In this document: piece by piece, positions 25,748-35,549 of the stretch | How positions within the stretch are numbered: the first letter of the stretch is position 1 | Layout of the letters: each line of letters opens with the position of its first letter | Assembly (NCBI GenBank): GCA_035510535.1 | Contig: DATKGY010000046.1 | Coordinates: forward strand, 1 to 50,071 | Direction: 5' to 3' | Length of the DNA: 50,071 bases | DNA from: Patescibacteria group bacterium | GTDB taxonomy: Bacteria; Patescibacteriota; Microgenomatia; Levybacterales; UBA12049 | The notes under the pieces: generated by a model | Database searches by the model: none | Seen by the model: only the letters and a program-made list of their open reading frames with translations | Told to the model about the DNA's origin: nothing | Position numbers and translations under genes: made by a program

Positions 25748-26407
25748 ATGGAAAATATTTCTTGGTTTGGGCATGCCAGCTTTAGTTTTATTGACCAAAA
25801 TGGTCAGAGGATTTATTATGTTGACCCATTCGATTTGACATTCGGTGAATTGAAAAAAGCGGATTTGGTGTTTATTACCCATGCCCATCAGGATCATTTC
25901 TCACCGCCGGACCTGGAAAAAATTCTAACCAACACTACGCTGGTTATTGCGCCACCGGACATTTTGGAACAAATTGATATTGACGAAGATTTAAAATTCG
26001 TGGTTGAACCAAATAAAAGTTACGAAATTAAAGGTTTTAAATTCCAAACCATTCCTGCCTACAATAATCATCCGGATAAATTAGCTTTTCATCCCAAAAC
26101 CAATAATTGGGTTGGCTATATTTTTGAGTTGAATGGGAAAAAGATTTATCATGCCGGTGACACGGATTTTATTGACGAGATGAAAGGCTTGCAAGATTTA
26201 CATTTAGATGTGGCAATGCTACCAATCGGCGGACATTTTACCATGGACGTTGTGGAAGCAGCCGAAGCGGCTAACGTCATTGCCGCCAAAATTACCATTC
26301 CAATGCATTACCGCAGATTGAATCCCGAGAATTATCAGGCGCTTGAAGAAAAATTCAAAAACTTAGTTACGGCCTCTGATGTGGTTGTTCTTGAGGAGTT
26401 GGCCTAA
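25748..26407 (+). CDS. Metallo-beta-lactamase-fold hydrolase
   Basis: 219 aa with the HxHxDH motif as ITHAHQDHF and downstream H/D ligands (YHAGDTD, IPMHY). Confidence 0.8.
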   Translation: MENISWFGHASFSFIDQNGQRIYYVDPFDLTFGELKKADLVFITHAHQDHFSPPDLEKILTNTTLVIAPPDILEQIDIDEDLKFVVEPNKSYEIKGFKFQTIPAYNNHPDKLAFHPKTNNWVGYIFELNGKKIYHAGDTDFIDEMKGLQDLHLDVAMLPIGGHFTMDVVEAAEAANVIAAKITIPMHYRRLNPENYQALEEKFKNLVTASDVVVLEELA

Positions 26408-26837
26408 CCATTTTATCCAACAAGACTATCCTTTCATTTAGGCTATTTATTGTCTGATCACAAATTTCAACCACAACTCTTGCCCCCATCCACACAGCTA
26501 CTCCACTCAATAAGCCGATAGCAACTCGTCTGGCTGATCTATTTCTTACGGCTCCATCAAGCACAATCGCTCCTGCCAACACGCTGGTTGCCTCCGCAGC
26601 TACATTAAGCGGTTTTTTGCATTTGGAAATTATATCCCGCCTATCTTCTAGTCTTAGGCTACCAATAGTAGGACTGGCCGCTCCTTCTCTTTCAACATTC
26701 AAACCACCGTGTTTCTTTCCAAATATTACGCGCCCGTGCCCACCAGGTTTAAATTCCGCAAAAGCTTTCCCTTGTGGATGGGCCCTACTTGCTATTATCT
26801 CTATAAGCTGATCACTTAATCGTTCTGTTTTGGCCAT
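26367..26837 (-). CDS. Hypothetical protein
   Basis: 156-aa ORF with a C-terminal hydrophobic segment (VAIGLLSGVAVWMGARVVV). Its 3' end overlaps the convergent MBL gene by 41 nt. No recognisable domain. Confidence 0.4.
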   Translation of the reverse strand: MAKTERLSDQLIEIIASRAHPQGKAFAEFKPGGHGRVIFGKKHGGLNVEREGAASPTIGSLRLEDRRDIISKCKKPLNVAAEATSVLAGAIVLDGAVRNRSARRVAIGLLSGVAVWMGARVVVEICDQTINSLNERIVLLDKMVRPTPQEQPHQRP

Positions 26838-26877
26838 AGTTTGAGAAGTATAGCAAGATGCCGGCCTGTAGTCAATT

Positions 26878-27906
26878 TTAGAGGAGTTTAGTTTGTTTGG
26901 AAGATTTTGGAAGACTGATTTTTAAATGATGGTAAGCCGCCGGAGTGGCTACGCGGCCGCGGGCGGTTTTTTTAATAAACCCGACTTGCAATAAATACGG
27001 CTCAATTACTTCTTCAATTGTCCCGATATCCTCACTAATTGTTGAGGCAATCGTTTCAATTCCTACCGGCCCGCCACTGTGTTTTTCAATGATTGATTTT
27101 AGATAGCGGACATCCGATGAGTCCAATCCGACTTCGTCAACTTCGAGCATATCCAAAGCTTTGGCGATTAAATCCTTGGTTAATTTCCCTTCCGCCTTTA
27201 CCTGCACAAAATCCCTGGCCCTCTTTAATAATTTGAGAGCGATGCGCGGTGTCCCTCTGGCCCGTTTGGCAATTTCCGAAATTGACTCTTTATCCACCGG
27301 CACTTTTAATTTATGCGCTCCTTTGGTAATTATTTCCTCCAAATCCTTCGGTTCGTAAAAGCTGAGTCGGTGAACGACTCCAAATCTGTCCCGAAGAGGT
27401 GCCGACATTAAGCCGATGCGGGTGGTCGCGCCGATGATGGTAAACGGCGGCAAATCCAACCGGACGGTCCGGGCCGACGGCCCTTTGCCAATAATAATAT
27501 CTAAAGCATAGTCTTCCATCGCCGGGTACAAAGTTTCCTCAACCACCTTGTTAAGTCGGTGGATTTCATCAATAAATAATACGTCACCTTTCTCCAAATT
27601 AGTGAGAATTGAAGCTAAATCGCCGGCTCTTTCAATCGCCGGGCCACTGGTGACACGGATATTAACGCCCATTTCCTTGGCGATAATGTGCGCCAGTGTG
27701 GTTTTGCCCAAGCCCGGAGGCCCGTACAAAAGGATATGCTCAATTGCTTCTTTGCGTTTTTTGGCGGCGGTAATGCCGATCCGCAAAGACTCTTTAAGTT
27801 TTTTCTGTCCGAAAAACTCTTCCCACGACGACGCCCGAAGCGAAGTGAATAATATTTCTTCTTCCGGTGTTTCCTGTATTTCTGTTTTAGTTTTATCTTT
27901 TGCCAT
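26878..27906 (-). CDS. ruvB: Holliday junction branch-migration ATPase RuvB
   Basis: Walker A ([11 protein letters not shown]), Walker B ([10 protein letters not shown]), sensor and arginine-finger regions, and a C-terminal winged helix. Confidence 0.96.
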   Translation of the reverse strand: MAKDKTKTEIQETPEEEILFTSLRASSWEEFFGQKKLKESLRIGITAAKKRKEAIEHILLYGPPGLGKTTLAHIIAKEMGVNIRVTSGPAIERAGDLASILTNLEKGDVLFIDEIHRLNKVVEETLYPAMEDYALDIIIGKGPSARTVRLDLPPFTIIGATTRIGLMSAPLRDRFGVVHRLSFYEPKDLEEIITKGAHKLKVPVDKESISEIAKRARGTPRIALKLLKRARDFVQVKAEGKLTKDLIAKALDMLEVDEVGLDSSDVRYLKSIIEKHSGGPVGIETIASTISEDIGTIEEVIEPYLLQVGFIKKTARGRVATPAAYHHLKISLPKSSKQTKLL

Positions 27907-27907
27907 T

Positions 27908-28483
27908 TTATTTGCCTAAGTTTTTGAGCGCCAGCCTGATTTTTTCTTCGGTGGTTAGCCCAACCTGTTTAATCTCCCGCACGGCTTTTTGCGCCTCCGA
28001 AACCGAAAAGCCAAAATTTTTTAAAGCCTGTACCACTTCGGCGTTTTCCAACAAATCTTTACCCGATAAATCCAGATCCGAACCGGCTCCCATTTTGTTT
28101 TTAAGCTCGATAATGATTTTCTGGGCGTTTTTCGTCCCTAAACGTGGGACGGAAGTAAAAAATGTGACGTCGCCTTTAATAATCGCTTCAATAATGTCTT
28201 TGCGCTCGCCAAAAGAAAAAATGTTTAAAGCGGTTTTTGGCCCGATTCCCGAAACTGTCAATAAGCTTTCAAATAGTCCTAAATCTTCCGCTTCCAAAAA
28301 GCCGAACAAATCCAAAGCGTCCTCGCGGACATAAGTGTAGGTAAAGATTTTGAGAGCTTCACCTAAAGATAATTTGGCGTAAATAGTTTCGGGGACCAGT
28401 ACTTTGTAGCCAACACCGTTAACGTCAATTATCACAAATGGTCGTTTGAGCAGCTCAACTTTGCCTTTGAGGAATCCAATCAT
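27908..28483 (-). CDS. ruvA: Holliday junction DNA-binding protein RuvA
   Basis: MIGFLKGKV...VNGVGYKV, HhH motifs ([31 protein letters not shown]), and a position between ruvC and ruvB. Confidence 0.93.
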   Translation of the reverse strand: MIGFLKGKVELLKRPFVIIDVNGVGYKVLVPETIYAKLSLGEALKIFTYTYVREDALDLFGFLEAEDLGLFESLLTVSGIGPKTALNIFSFGERKDIIEAIIKGDVTFFTSVPRLGTKNAQKIIIELKNKMGAGSDLDLSGKDLLENAEVVQALKNFGFSVSEAQKAVREIKQVGLTTEEKIRLALKNLGK

Positions 28484-28506
28484 AATTTAGTTGATTATAA
28501 CACAAG

Positions 28507-28995
28507 CTAATTTCCAAGCTTTGAGAATTTATTTGAAAAAGCATGGGTGATGGCAATTGCCAGAGCATCAGCCGTGTCGTCAGGCTTTGGCACTTCCTTA
28601 AGCTTAAGTAAAGTTTTGACCATTTGTCCGACCTGCGGTTTTTCCGCCCGTCCGTAGCCGGTTAAAGCCAGCTTTACCTGCAAAGGCGTATAAATACCAA
28701 TCTGGAGATTATTTTCCGCGGCAGCCAGTAAAATTACTCCGCGGGCTTGCCCAACCACAAAAGCGGTTTTGGCGTTAGTGTTAAAAAACAATTCTTCAAT
28801 GGCTAAAACTCCGGGTTGGTAAACTTTGATGATTTTGGTGACTTCTTGATAGATTTCCAAGAGCCTATCTTGAACATTTTTCTTCGGAGAAGTCTCAATG
28901 CAACCAAACTCTCTAACTTCCAGCTTCGAACTTCTAGCTTCCAGAACTCCCCAGCCGCATCTTGCAATTCCCGGATCAATCCCCAGTATTCTCAT
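28507..28995 (-). CDS. ruvC: Crossover junction endodeoxyribonuclease RuvC
   Basis: MRILGIDPG..., LAIEELFF, and C-terminal DDTADALAIAITH. Confidence 0.93.
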   Translation of the reverse strand: MRILGIDPGIARCGWGVLEARSSKLEVREFGCIETSPKKNVQDRLLEIYQEVTKIIKVYQPGVLAIEELFFNTNAKTAFVVGQARGVILLAAAENNLQIGIYTPLQVKLALTGYGRAEKPQVGQMVKTLLKLKEVPKPDDTADALAIAITHAFSNKFSKLGN

Positions 28996-29055
28996 TTCTG
29001 AAACAATAATAGCACATCTTGTATTGAAAGCTAGTTTCCTGTAAAATAGGTTCTT

Positions 29056-29802
29056 GTGAAGAGATACAGCTTAAAAGTTACAAAACGCACCGTTTTGGGC
29101 AAGCAAGTCAAAAAATTAAGACGGGAAGGCATTTTACCCTGCAATATCTACGGCAAAGATTTAAAATCCACAGCGGTTCAGGTTCCGGAAAAAGACTTTT
29201 TGGCAGTTTTTAAAGAAGCCGGCGAAACAGGCTTGGTTGATGTTGAGCTTGACGGCAAAGCCACTCCGGTTTTAATCCACAATATGCAAAAAAACTTCCG
29301 CGGACAAATCCTGCACGCTGATTTCTTCCAAGTTAATCTTAAAGAAAAAGTTAAGACGATGGCGCCTTTGGAAGTTGTTGGTGAACCAAAAGCGGTTGTG
29401 GATAAAATCGGAATTTTGATGAACATTATTTCCGAAATTGAAGTCGAGGCGTTGCCGACAGAGCTTCCGGAAAAAATTGAGGTTAATGTTGAACATTTAG
29501 CTAATATCGACGACCAAGTCACCGTTGCCGATCTTAAGATTCCGGAAGGTGTGACTGTTTTGACCGAAGCCGAGCAAGTGGTTGCCAAGATTGGTGAGTT
29601 AGTAACCAAAGAAGCTGCCGAACAAGCGGCCGCCGAAGCCGCCGCAGCCGCTGAGGCGTCAGCCGAAGCCGCACCAGAAGGAGCTGTTGAAGGCGAAGCG
29701 CCGGCGGAAGGTGAAGCACCAACTGAAGCTCCGGCCGAAGGCGGAGAAAAACCAGCTGAAGCAGCAAAAGAAGAAAAACCACAAGAAGCTAAAGCAGAAT
29801 AA
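29056..29802 (+). CDS. rplY: Ribosomal protein L25 / Ctc form with an Ala/Glu/Pro-rich tail
   Basis: GTG start at 29056. It has LRREGILPCNIYG, LIHNMQ...ILHADFFQV, a Ctc-type second domain, then ~60 aa of low-complexity tail. Confidence 0.85.
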   Translation: MKRYSLKVTKRTVLGKQVKKLRREGILPCNIYGKDLKSTAVQVPEKDFLAVFKEAGETGLVDVELDGKATPVLIHNMQKNFRGQILHADFFQVNLKEKVKTMAPLEVVGEPKAVVDKIGILMNIISEIEVEALPTELPEKIEVNVEHLANIDDQVTVADLKIPEGVTVLTEAEQVVAKIGELVTKEAAEQAAAEAAAAAEASAEAAPEGAVEGEAPAEGEAPTEAPAEGGEKPAEAAKEEKPQEAKAE

Positions 29803-30300
29803 TTATTTCTCCAGAACAGTCTCTAATTTTTTGGCGTCGGCAAAATTAGGATCCAACAATAAAGCTTTTTGATTATCGTCCTTGGCTTTATCAATTTGTC
29901 CCAATTTATATTCCAATAAGGCTTTTTGAAAATACGCGTCTTTATAGCCATCATATTTATCAATAATCGATTGCCAAAAATTAATTTTACTTTGTAAATC
30001 CCGCCTTTGATTATTGATTTGGACCGCTTGAGATGAATTTTGGTAAACTTTAACGCCAAAAAATACAATTCCGGCAATTAAAATCAGTGAAATTACGATT
30101 AATGCTGAAGCTAATACCAAAACCGTGATTTTACTTAGTTTAGGTTTCCATGACAAGCTAAACGCTGGTTTTTCGGTAATTCTTCGGTAAATGTTCGGGA
30201 ATTGTGAAGTTTTTCCCGAATCCCCTATTCCTTTTTTTACAGGCTTTCTGATGGGAGGAGCGCTCCTACGCTTATTTTGTTTAATATTCTTAAACTTCAT
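29803..30300 (-). CDS. Membrane-anchored TPR-repeat protein
   Basis: It has a basic N-terminus, the TM VLVLASALIVISLILIAGIVFFGV, and a TPR-like AYFQKALLEYKLGQIDKAKDDNQKALLLDPNF. The start at MKFKNIK (ATG 30298-30300) forms an ATGA overlap with the valS stop. The track start is 30312. Confidence 0.7.
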   Translation of the reverse strand: MKFKNIKQNKRRSAPPIRKPVKKGIGDSGKTSQFPNIYRRITEKPAFSLSWKPKLSKITVLVLASALIVISLILIAGIVFFGVKVYQNSSQAVQINNQRRDLQSKINFWQSIIDKYDGYKDAYFQKALLEYKLGQIDKAKDDNQKALLLDPNFADAKKLETVLEK

Positions 30301-32372
30301 ACTTGTGGCCACTGACTAATCATTAAATTCCCTTCTCCGCCGTAAAGCCTGGTATAAATTTCCTCCGTAATAAACGGCATAAACGGATGCAGAAGCTTGA
30401 GTTGAATTTCAAACAGCTCTTTTAAGGTTTTTAATGAACCCCCTGTTAGCCTAACTTTGACGTCCTCAATATATTTATCGGCAAACTCATGCCAAATAAA
30501 TTCATAAAGTTTTTCTGTCGCATAATTGAATTGATAGGATTCAATGTCTTTTGTAATTTCTTTGGCTAACTCGGAAACTTTTTTCTTCCACACCTCATCA
30601 TTTTCATGTTCCTTTCCTTTCCCGGCCTCTTTTACTAAATCTTTGCTCATTTCTATAAACCTAGCCATGTTCCAAAGTTTATTAGTAAACTTTCTGGCGG
30701 CTTCCAGCTTTGGATAAGAGAGCGCTTGATCGCTTCCCGTGGCGTTTCCATAAATTAGCGCGAACCGGACCGAGTCTGCTCCGTATTGATCGATAAGTTC
30801 AAGCGGATCCACCACATTTCCTTTTGATTTACTCATTTTCTTGCCATACGGATCGGTGATCATTCCATGTAGTAAAACGTGCTTAAAAGGAACTTCACCG
30901 GTCATATAAAGCCCGAGCATAATCATTCTCGAGACCCAAGCTTTTAAAATATCCGCCGCCGTTTCCAAAACTGAAGTCGGGTAGAACTTTTCAAAATCAC
31001 CAGGTTGAGAAGTTTTAAGTGTTACAAAAGGCCATTGCCCGGACGAAAACCAAGTGTCAAACGTGTCCTTATCTTGTTCCCAATCCGCTCCTTCAGGAGC
31101 TTTTCCTTCAGTAACTATCCATTCCCCTGTCTTTTTGTTTTTCCACGCCGGAATTTGGATGCCCCAAACAATTTGGCGGGAAATATTCCAATCTTTCAAA
31201 TTATCCAACCACTGAAAATAGATTTTTTCAAAGCTCTTGGGGAAAATTTTGATTTCGCCTTTTTTAACTACCTCGATAGCTTTCTTCTTAAGCTCCTCTA
31301 CTTTTACGAACCACTGCTCCAGGGGAAGTGGCTCAATCGGATTCTTGCACTTATAACAAACTTTGACTATTAATTTATGCGGCTCTGTTTTTTCGAGCAA
31401 CCCTTTTTTCGTCAATAGCTCTAACGTTTTTGCTCTTGCTTGCTTTGTAAATAAGCCGTCCACTACTCCTGTATCTTTTAATTTCCCATCAAAGCCGATT
31501 ACCTGTAGGGTTGACAAATTGTGTCTTTTACCAACTTCAAAATCATTAAAATCGTGTGCGGGAGTAACTTTAACCGCGCCCGTGCCAAATTCCATATCGA
31601 CGGACTCATCGGCAATAATCTCAATCTCCCTATCTGTCAACGGAAGTTTTACTCTCTTCCCCACCAGACTCTGATACCTTCTGTCTTTCGGATTAACCAT
31701 TACCGCCGTATCGCCAAACATCGTTTCTGGCCTGGTAGTAGCAACCGTAATCAAACCCCCATCGACTAATGGGTACTTAATGAAATACAGACTGCCTTCT
31801 TTTTCTTCGCTTAGAACTTCCAAATCCGAAAAAGACGTGCCGTCAAAAGTGCAGCAATTAACCAAGCGGTAGCCTCTGTAAGCATATCCGTCATCAAACA
31901 TTTTCTTAAAGGTTTTGTAAACTAACTCGACAATTTCGGGGTTAAGCGGATATTTTTCTCTTGACCAATCTAGTGAAAGTCCAAGCCGCCTAAGCTGCTT
32001 TTCGATATTTCCCCGATTTTTTTCGACATAATCCCAGATCATTTTATAAAGGGTCTCCTGATCAAAGTCAAAGCGTGATTTTCCCTCGGCTCGAAGCATT
32101 TTTTCAAAAACAAACTGTGTTTCAATCCCCGCATGATCCGTTCCGGGAAACCACAGCGTAGAATCACCTTTCATGCGATGATACCTAATTAGAATATCTT
32201 CGACGGTAAACATTCCATGACCAAGATGCAGGGCGCCGTTGGCATTAGGTAGAGGAAGCATGATGCAATATGGTTTTCCGTTTGGATTTATTTCCGGCTT
32301 AAAATAGCCTTTTTCTTCCCAGTCTTGATAGATTTTCTCTTCGACATCTTTGTGATTATAAACTTTATCCAT
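30297..32372 (-). CDS. valS: Valyl-tRNA synthetase, short form
   Basis: 691 aa. HIGH region PNANGALHLGHG, GTDHAGIETQ, editing domain TTRPETMFGDTAVMVNP / GTGAVKVTPAHDFND, and KMSKS as GKKMSKSKGN. The protein ends just after the anticodon-binding helices. Confidence 0.9.
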   Translation of the reverse strand: MDKVYNHKDVEEKIYQDWEEKGYFKPEINPNGKPYCIMLPLPNANGALHLGHGMFTVEDILIRYHRMKGDSTLWFPGTDHAGIETQFVFEKMLRAEGKSRFDFDQETLYKMIWDYVEKNRGNIEKQLRRLGLSLDWSREKYPLNPEIVELVYKTFKKMFDDGYAYRGYRLVNCCTFDGTSFSDLEVLSEEKEGSLYFIKYPLVDGGLITVATTRPETMFGDTAVMVNPKDRRYQSLVGKRVKLPLTDREIEIIADESVDMEFGTGAVKVTPAHDFNDFEVGKRHNLSTLQVIGFDGKLKDTGVVDGLFTKQARAKTLELLTKKGLLEKTEPHKLIVKVCYKCKNPIEPLPLEQWFVKVEELKKKAIEVVKKGEIKIFPKSFEKIYFQWLDNLKDWNISRQIVWGIQIPAWKNKKTGEWIVTEGKAPEGADWEQDKDTFDTWFSSGQWPFVTLKTSQPGDFEKFYPTSVLETAADILKAWVSRMIMLGLYMTGEVPFKHVLLHGMITDPYGKKMSKSKGNVVDPLELIDQYGADSVRFALIYGNATGSDQALSYPKLEAARKFTNKLWNMARFIEMSKDLVKEAGKGKEHENDEVWKKKVSELAKEITKDIESYQFNYATEKLYEFIWHEFADKYIEDVKVRLTGGSLKTLKELFEIQLKLLHPFMPFITEEIYTRLYGGEGNLMISQWPQV

Positions 32373-32429
32373 AAATTCGTTGCTTTAATTATATACTAAC
32401 TCTAATAAATTAGAAACGGATTGAGGTTT

Positions 32430-35132
32430 TTATTTTGCGGCTAAATTGATTGACACTTCCCTATCTTGGGTAATCTGCGTTGACAAAACTGCACTTTGCC
32501 CGCTTGGCTTAATATCAGTGTCAGACTTAACCACCTTTAGATTACTGGGGAAATTCAAAGATAAATCATAGGGCATAAAATCTATTCCCGGCTGTTTAAA
32601 AACTTTTAATTGATAGCCTAATTGAGGTTGCGAAGTATTTATTTTTTGCGCCAGCGTATAGCTTACTTTAATTGTTTTTAAGTTTTGCGGCGAGATAGTG
32701 ACTAAAAATCCATAAGTCGTTCTGCCGCTTTCATCTTCTCTTTGCACTTCAAGTCCAGTCGGTGGAACAAAACCTTTCTTTTCGTAAACCGTTGGGTCGG
32801 TAATGGCCGGAATAATTTTTTGCTCTTGCCCATCTATTTGGATGCCGGTTATCGTCACGTTGAAAGGCAAAATAAAGCGTAGGTAATTCTTATAGACTCC
32901 CTTGTCCCCTGAATTTTGCGGAGCAGAATTTTTAAATGAAACTGTTAACGCCTCATTGATATTTTTGTCACTACTTATAGTTACCGTCTGTGAAACGCTT
33001 CTGGCAATATCATAATTAACTTTGTTGCCACCTAAATTGGCCTCATTAATACCGATGAAGTCATCAACGAGAGAGTTACTGGATGATGTGTCTTGAACTA
33101 AAGCGGAAGACCAACCATTCACCGCAAACGCCGTTTGCTCGTTTGAGTTATTAAAGGCAAATAAAACATGTTTTTCGTTGATAGATTGTATTAACGCTTG
33201 CGCAAAACTTAGGTAAGAGAGATTTTTTTGTCCGGCGATTTTAGCTTGTAAAGCGTTATAAAAAGAAGTGAGAAAATCTTTTTTTTGTGTTGAGCCCGGG
33301 AAAAAGTTGTCATCCGCGTGCGCTTGAGTTACTTGATAAAAATTGTCAGCATTAACGGTTTGATTATAATCCGGAACGTTCACCGGCCCGATAACTGTTA
33401 ATAGATTCTTAATGAAGGATAAATCAACACCAATTACCCCGTCCACAGTTTGCTGCATTTCGGTATTCAGAAAAACCGCTGAAGCCACCGCTCCCTTACT
33501 AAAATCAACATTGAAATTACTATCGCGCAAATACCAATGTATTGATGGCAAATATCTTCTGATTGGAAAGGGAGGCTCAATGTGTCCCTTCAGTTGTCCG
33601 TCGGCATCGTAAACATCGTAAATTTTGAAACTGACAATCTTTCCCCTGTTAAGAGTGGCGAGCGCGTAGGATCCAATGAATCCCCCGCCCGGCCTTAGCT
33701 CCATATTGTTCTGAAAAAGAATTAGGTAGTTTTTGGTCCCCTGAAAACCTAATGCCTCCGGCCAGAAATCAATAGTTGAAGACACAACTTGAGCTAAATT
33801 ATCCAACGGTTTTACTAAACTTGCGGGAATAATTTTGGCTTGTTTTTCCTGGTCGTAAATATAGAGCGCGCTTTTAATTTCCATTGTGGCGCTGGAAAAA
33901 TCTGTGGCAGGATTTTTGGAACTCCCTGTTAAAACAGCTCTCATTTTATCTGAAGCGTCTATTGCCGAAGTTAAAGCGCCCGAAACATCTCTACCAAGAT
34001 TAATATCATTAGAGAGCAAACTTAAACTACCATCTAAACCAACTAGTTTTGTCTCATAGCTTAAAACTTGTAAGGAGAGTTGGGCAATGCTAAAGCTATT
34101 TGCCGCCAGAATTACCGGCGCTTTAGACGCAGAAAAATCCCCTTTGACAATTTCGTTTTTGCTAACCAGCAATGCTCCCGCTCCCACAGCTGCAAATAAA
34201 ATGGTGGCGATCAAAGGAAGTACTAAGAGCAGCAATAAAGACAAAACTAACGCTTTAATTTTTAATTTACGCTTACTTTTTGGCCGGAGAGAAAACTTTT
34301 CTTCTTTAACGCTTTCTGTTTTTATATCCGCGAATTTAATGCCTTTAATTTTATTTTCCAGGTCGTATGTCTCCCCCAGCAAATACTTTCCTTCAACTGA
34401 CGGCTTAAACTCCGCGCTTGGCGATTTATCCTCTTTGACAAAATCTACTTTTAAATCTGGATTAATTTTTTGGAAGATGTGCGCCAGCGACAAAAGCGTA
34501 ATACGGTGTTTTGGGAAAAGGTAAAATATTTTATTTTCCTCTGCCCCAAAAACTGTTTCCAAAATACCAAAAACGACGTCATCAAAACAAACCGGGACAA
34601 CCAACCTTGTTCCGTCACCCGGGATATCAATTCTGCCGCTGGATTTTATTTTCGTAATATATTTATTTATTTCCGAGCCGGAATTGTAAAGCGCATCCTG
34701 CTTAAAAATATCGCCGAGAACGACAATTTTTGCTTTATCGTACGAAGAAATAAAATCAAGCGGAAAAGAGTCTTGCACAAAAGAAGCATTTACTACCAAA
34801 ACCAAATAGGCTTTATTTTGTTCGGCTTTTTGAAGAAAAGCTTTAACTACGTCTTTGGTAATTTCAAAGTTTTCATCAATTAAGAAAATGTGGGAATAGT
34901 TATTGTCGGGAATGGTTGGGAACTGTTTATCAAAAGGAACGTGAATAACGTTATCTGAAGTTTGGGGCACTTTTCTACTGACGTAGACTATTAATGCTTG
35001 TTCTTTAAGCTCTTTGATTAACGCCTCGCCGATCTCCCCTTTCCGGTCAACCACTAAAATTGGCTGGTCTTGATTATTTTCGCTTGAAATAAGGGCAGTG
35101 TGGGTCATTGGCTTTATTCTAATCACTCTCAA
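32430..35132 (-). CDS. DUF4012-family membrane protein with an N-terminal cytoplasmic Rossmann-like region
   Basis: 900 aa. The DUF4012 signature FQNNMELRPGGGFIGSYA is present. A TM lies around ALVLSLLLLLVLPLIATILFAAVGAGALLV. The N-terminal ~290 aa begin ILVVDRKGEIGEALIKEL. An alternative start is the Met at 35108. Confidence 0.75.
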   Translation of the reverse strand: MRVIRIKPMTHTALISSENNQDQPILVVDRKGEIGEALIKELKEQALIVYVSRKVPQTSDNVIHVPFDKQFPTIPDNNYSHIFLIDENFEITKDVVKAFLQKAEQNKAYLVLVVNASFVQDSFPLDFISSYDKAKIVVLGDIFKQDALYNSGSEINKYITKIKSSGRIDIPGDGTRLVVPVCFDDVVFGILETVFGAEENKIFYLFPKHRITLLSLAHIFQKINPDLKVDFVKEDKSPSAEFKPSVEGKYLLGETYDLENKIKGIKFADIKTESVKEEKFSLRPKSKRKLKIKALVLSLLLLLVLPLIATILFAAVGAGALLVSKNEIVKGDFSASKAPVILAANSFSIAQLSLQVLSYETKLVGLDGSLSLLSNDINLGRDVSGALTSAIDASDKMRAVLTGSSKNPATDFSSATMEIKSALYIYDQEKQAKIIPASLVKPLDNLAQVVSSTIDFWPEALGFQGTKNYLILFQNNMELRPGGGFIGSYALATLNRGKIVSFKIYDVYDADGQLKGHIEPPFPIRRYLPSIHWYLRDSNFNVDFSKGAVASAVFLNTEMQQTVDGVIGVDLSFIKNLLTVIGPVNVPDYNQTVNADNFYQVTQAHADDNFFPGSTQKKDFLTSFYNALQAKIAGQKNLSYLSFAQALIQSINEKHVLFAFNNSNEQTAFAVNGWSSALVQDTSSSNSLVDDFIGINEANLGGNKVNYDIARSVSQTVTISSDKNINEALTVSFKNSAPQNSGDKGVYKNYLRFILPFNVTITGIQIDGQEQKIIPAITDPTVYEKKGFVPPTGLEVQREDESGRTTYGFLVTISPQNLKTIKVSYTLAQKINTSQPQLGYQLKVFKQPGIDFMPYDLSLNFPSNLKVVKSDTDIKPSGQSAVLSTQITQDREVSINLAAK

Positions 35133-35547
35133 GTTGGTTGTCCAGAGCCTGATTCACCATAAAATCTGCTTTAGTATTTTGCTCACGGTGAACATGCGCG
35201 TAGGCAATTTGTATACCAAGCTCCATTTCTTTTTGCCGGATCGCAAAAACAAACTCTCTAATCCGTGCATTCTTAACTTTATACACTCCGTTTAGTTGAG
35301 AACAAGCCAATTGAGAGTCCATAAAAAAATTCGCACTCTCAATATCTAACCTTTGTTTATTTTCCAAAAGCCAATTCAAGCCTTCAATAATGGCTGAATA
35401 TTCGGCAACGTTGTTGGTTGCCTCACCGATTGTCTTGCCTATTCTTGCCAGCTCTTTGCCATGTTCGTCTTGGATAAAAACCCCGAGAGCCGCCGGCCCC
35501 GGATTCCCCCTTGCTCCCCCATCCGTAAAAACTGTAATCTTTGACAT
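35119..35547 (-). CDS. rnhA: Ribonuclease HI-family protein
   Basis: The start was moved to the ATG at 35545-35547 (MSKITVFTDGGARGNPGPAALG...), 142 aa. DEDD residues are in context (TDGGA, NNVAEYSA, MDSQL, NTKADFMVNQA). The track's 5' extension overlaps the upstream flippase gene. Confidence 0.85.
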   Translation of the reverse strand: MSKITVFTDGGARGNPGPAALGVFIQDEHGKELARIGKTIGEATNNVAEYSAIIEGLNWLLENKQRLDIESANFFMDSQLACSQLNGVYKVKNARIREFVFAIRQKEMELGIQIAYAHVHREQNTKADFMVNQALDNQLESD

Positions 35548-35549
35548 GT

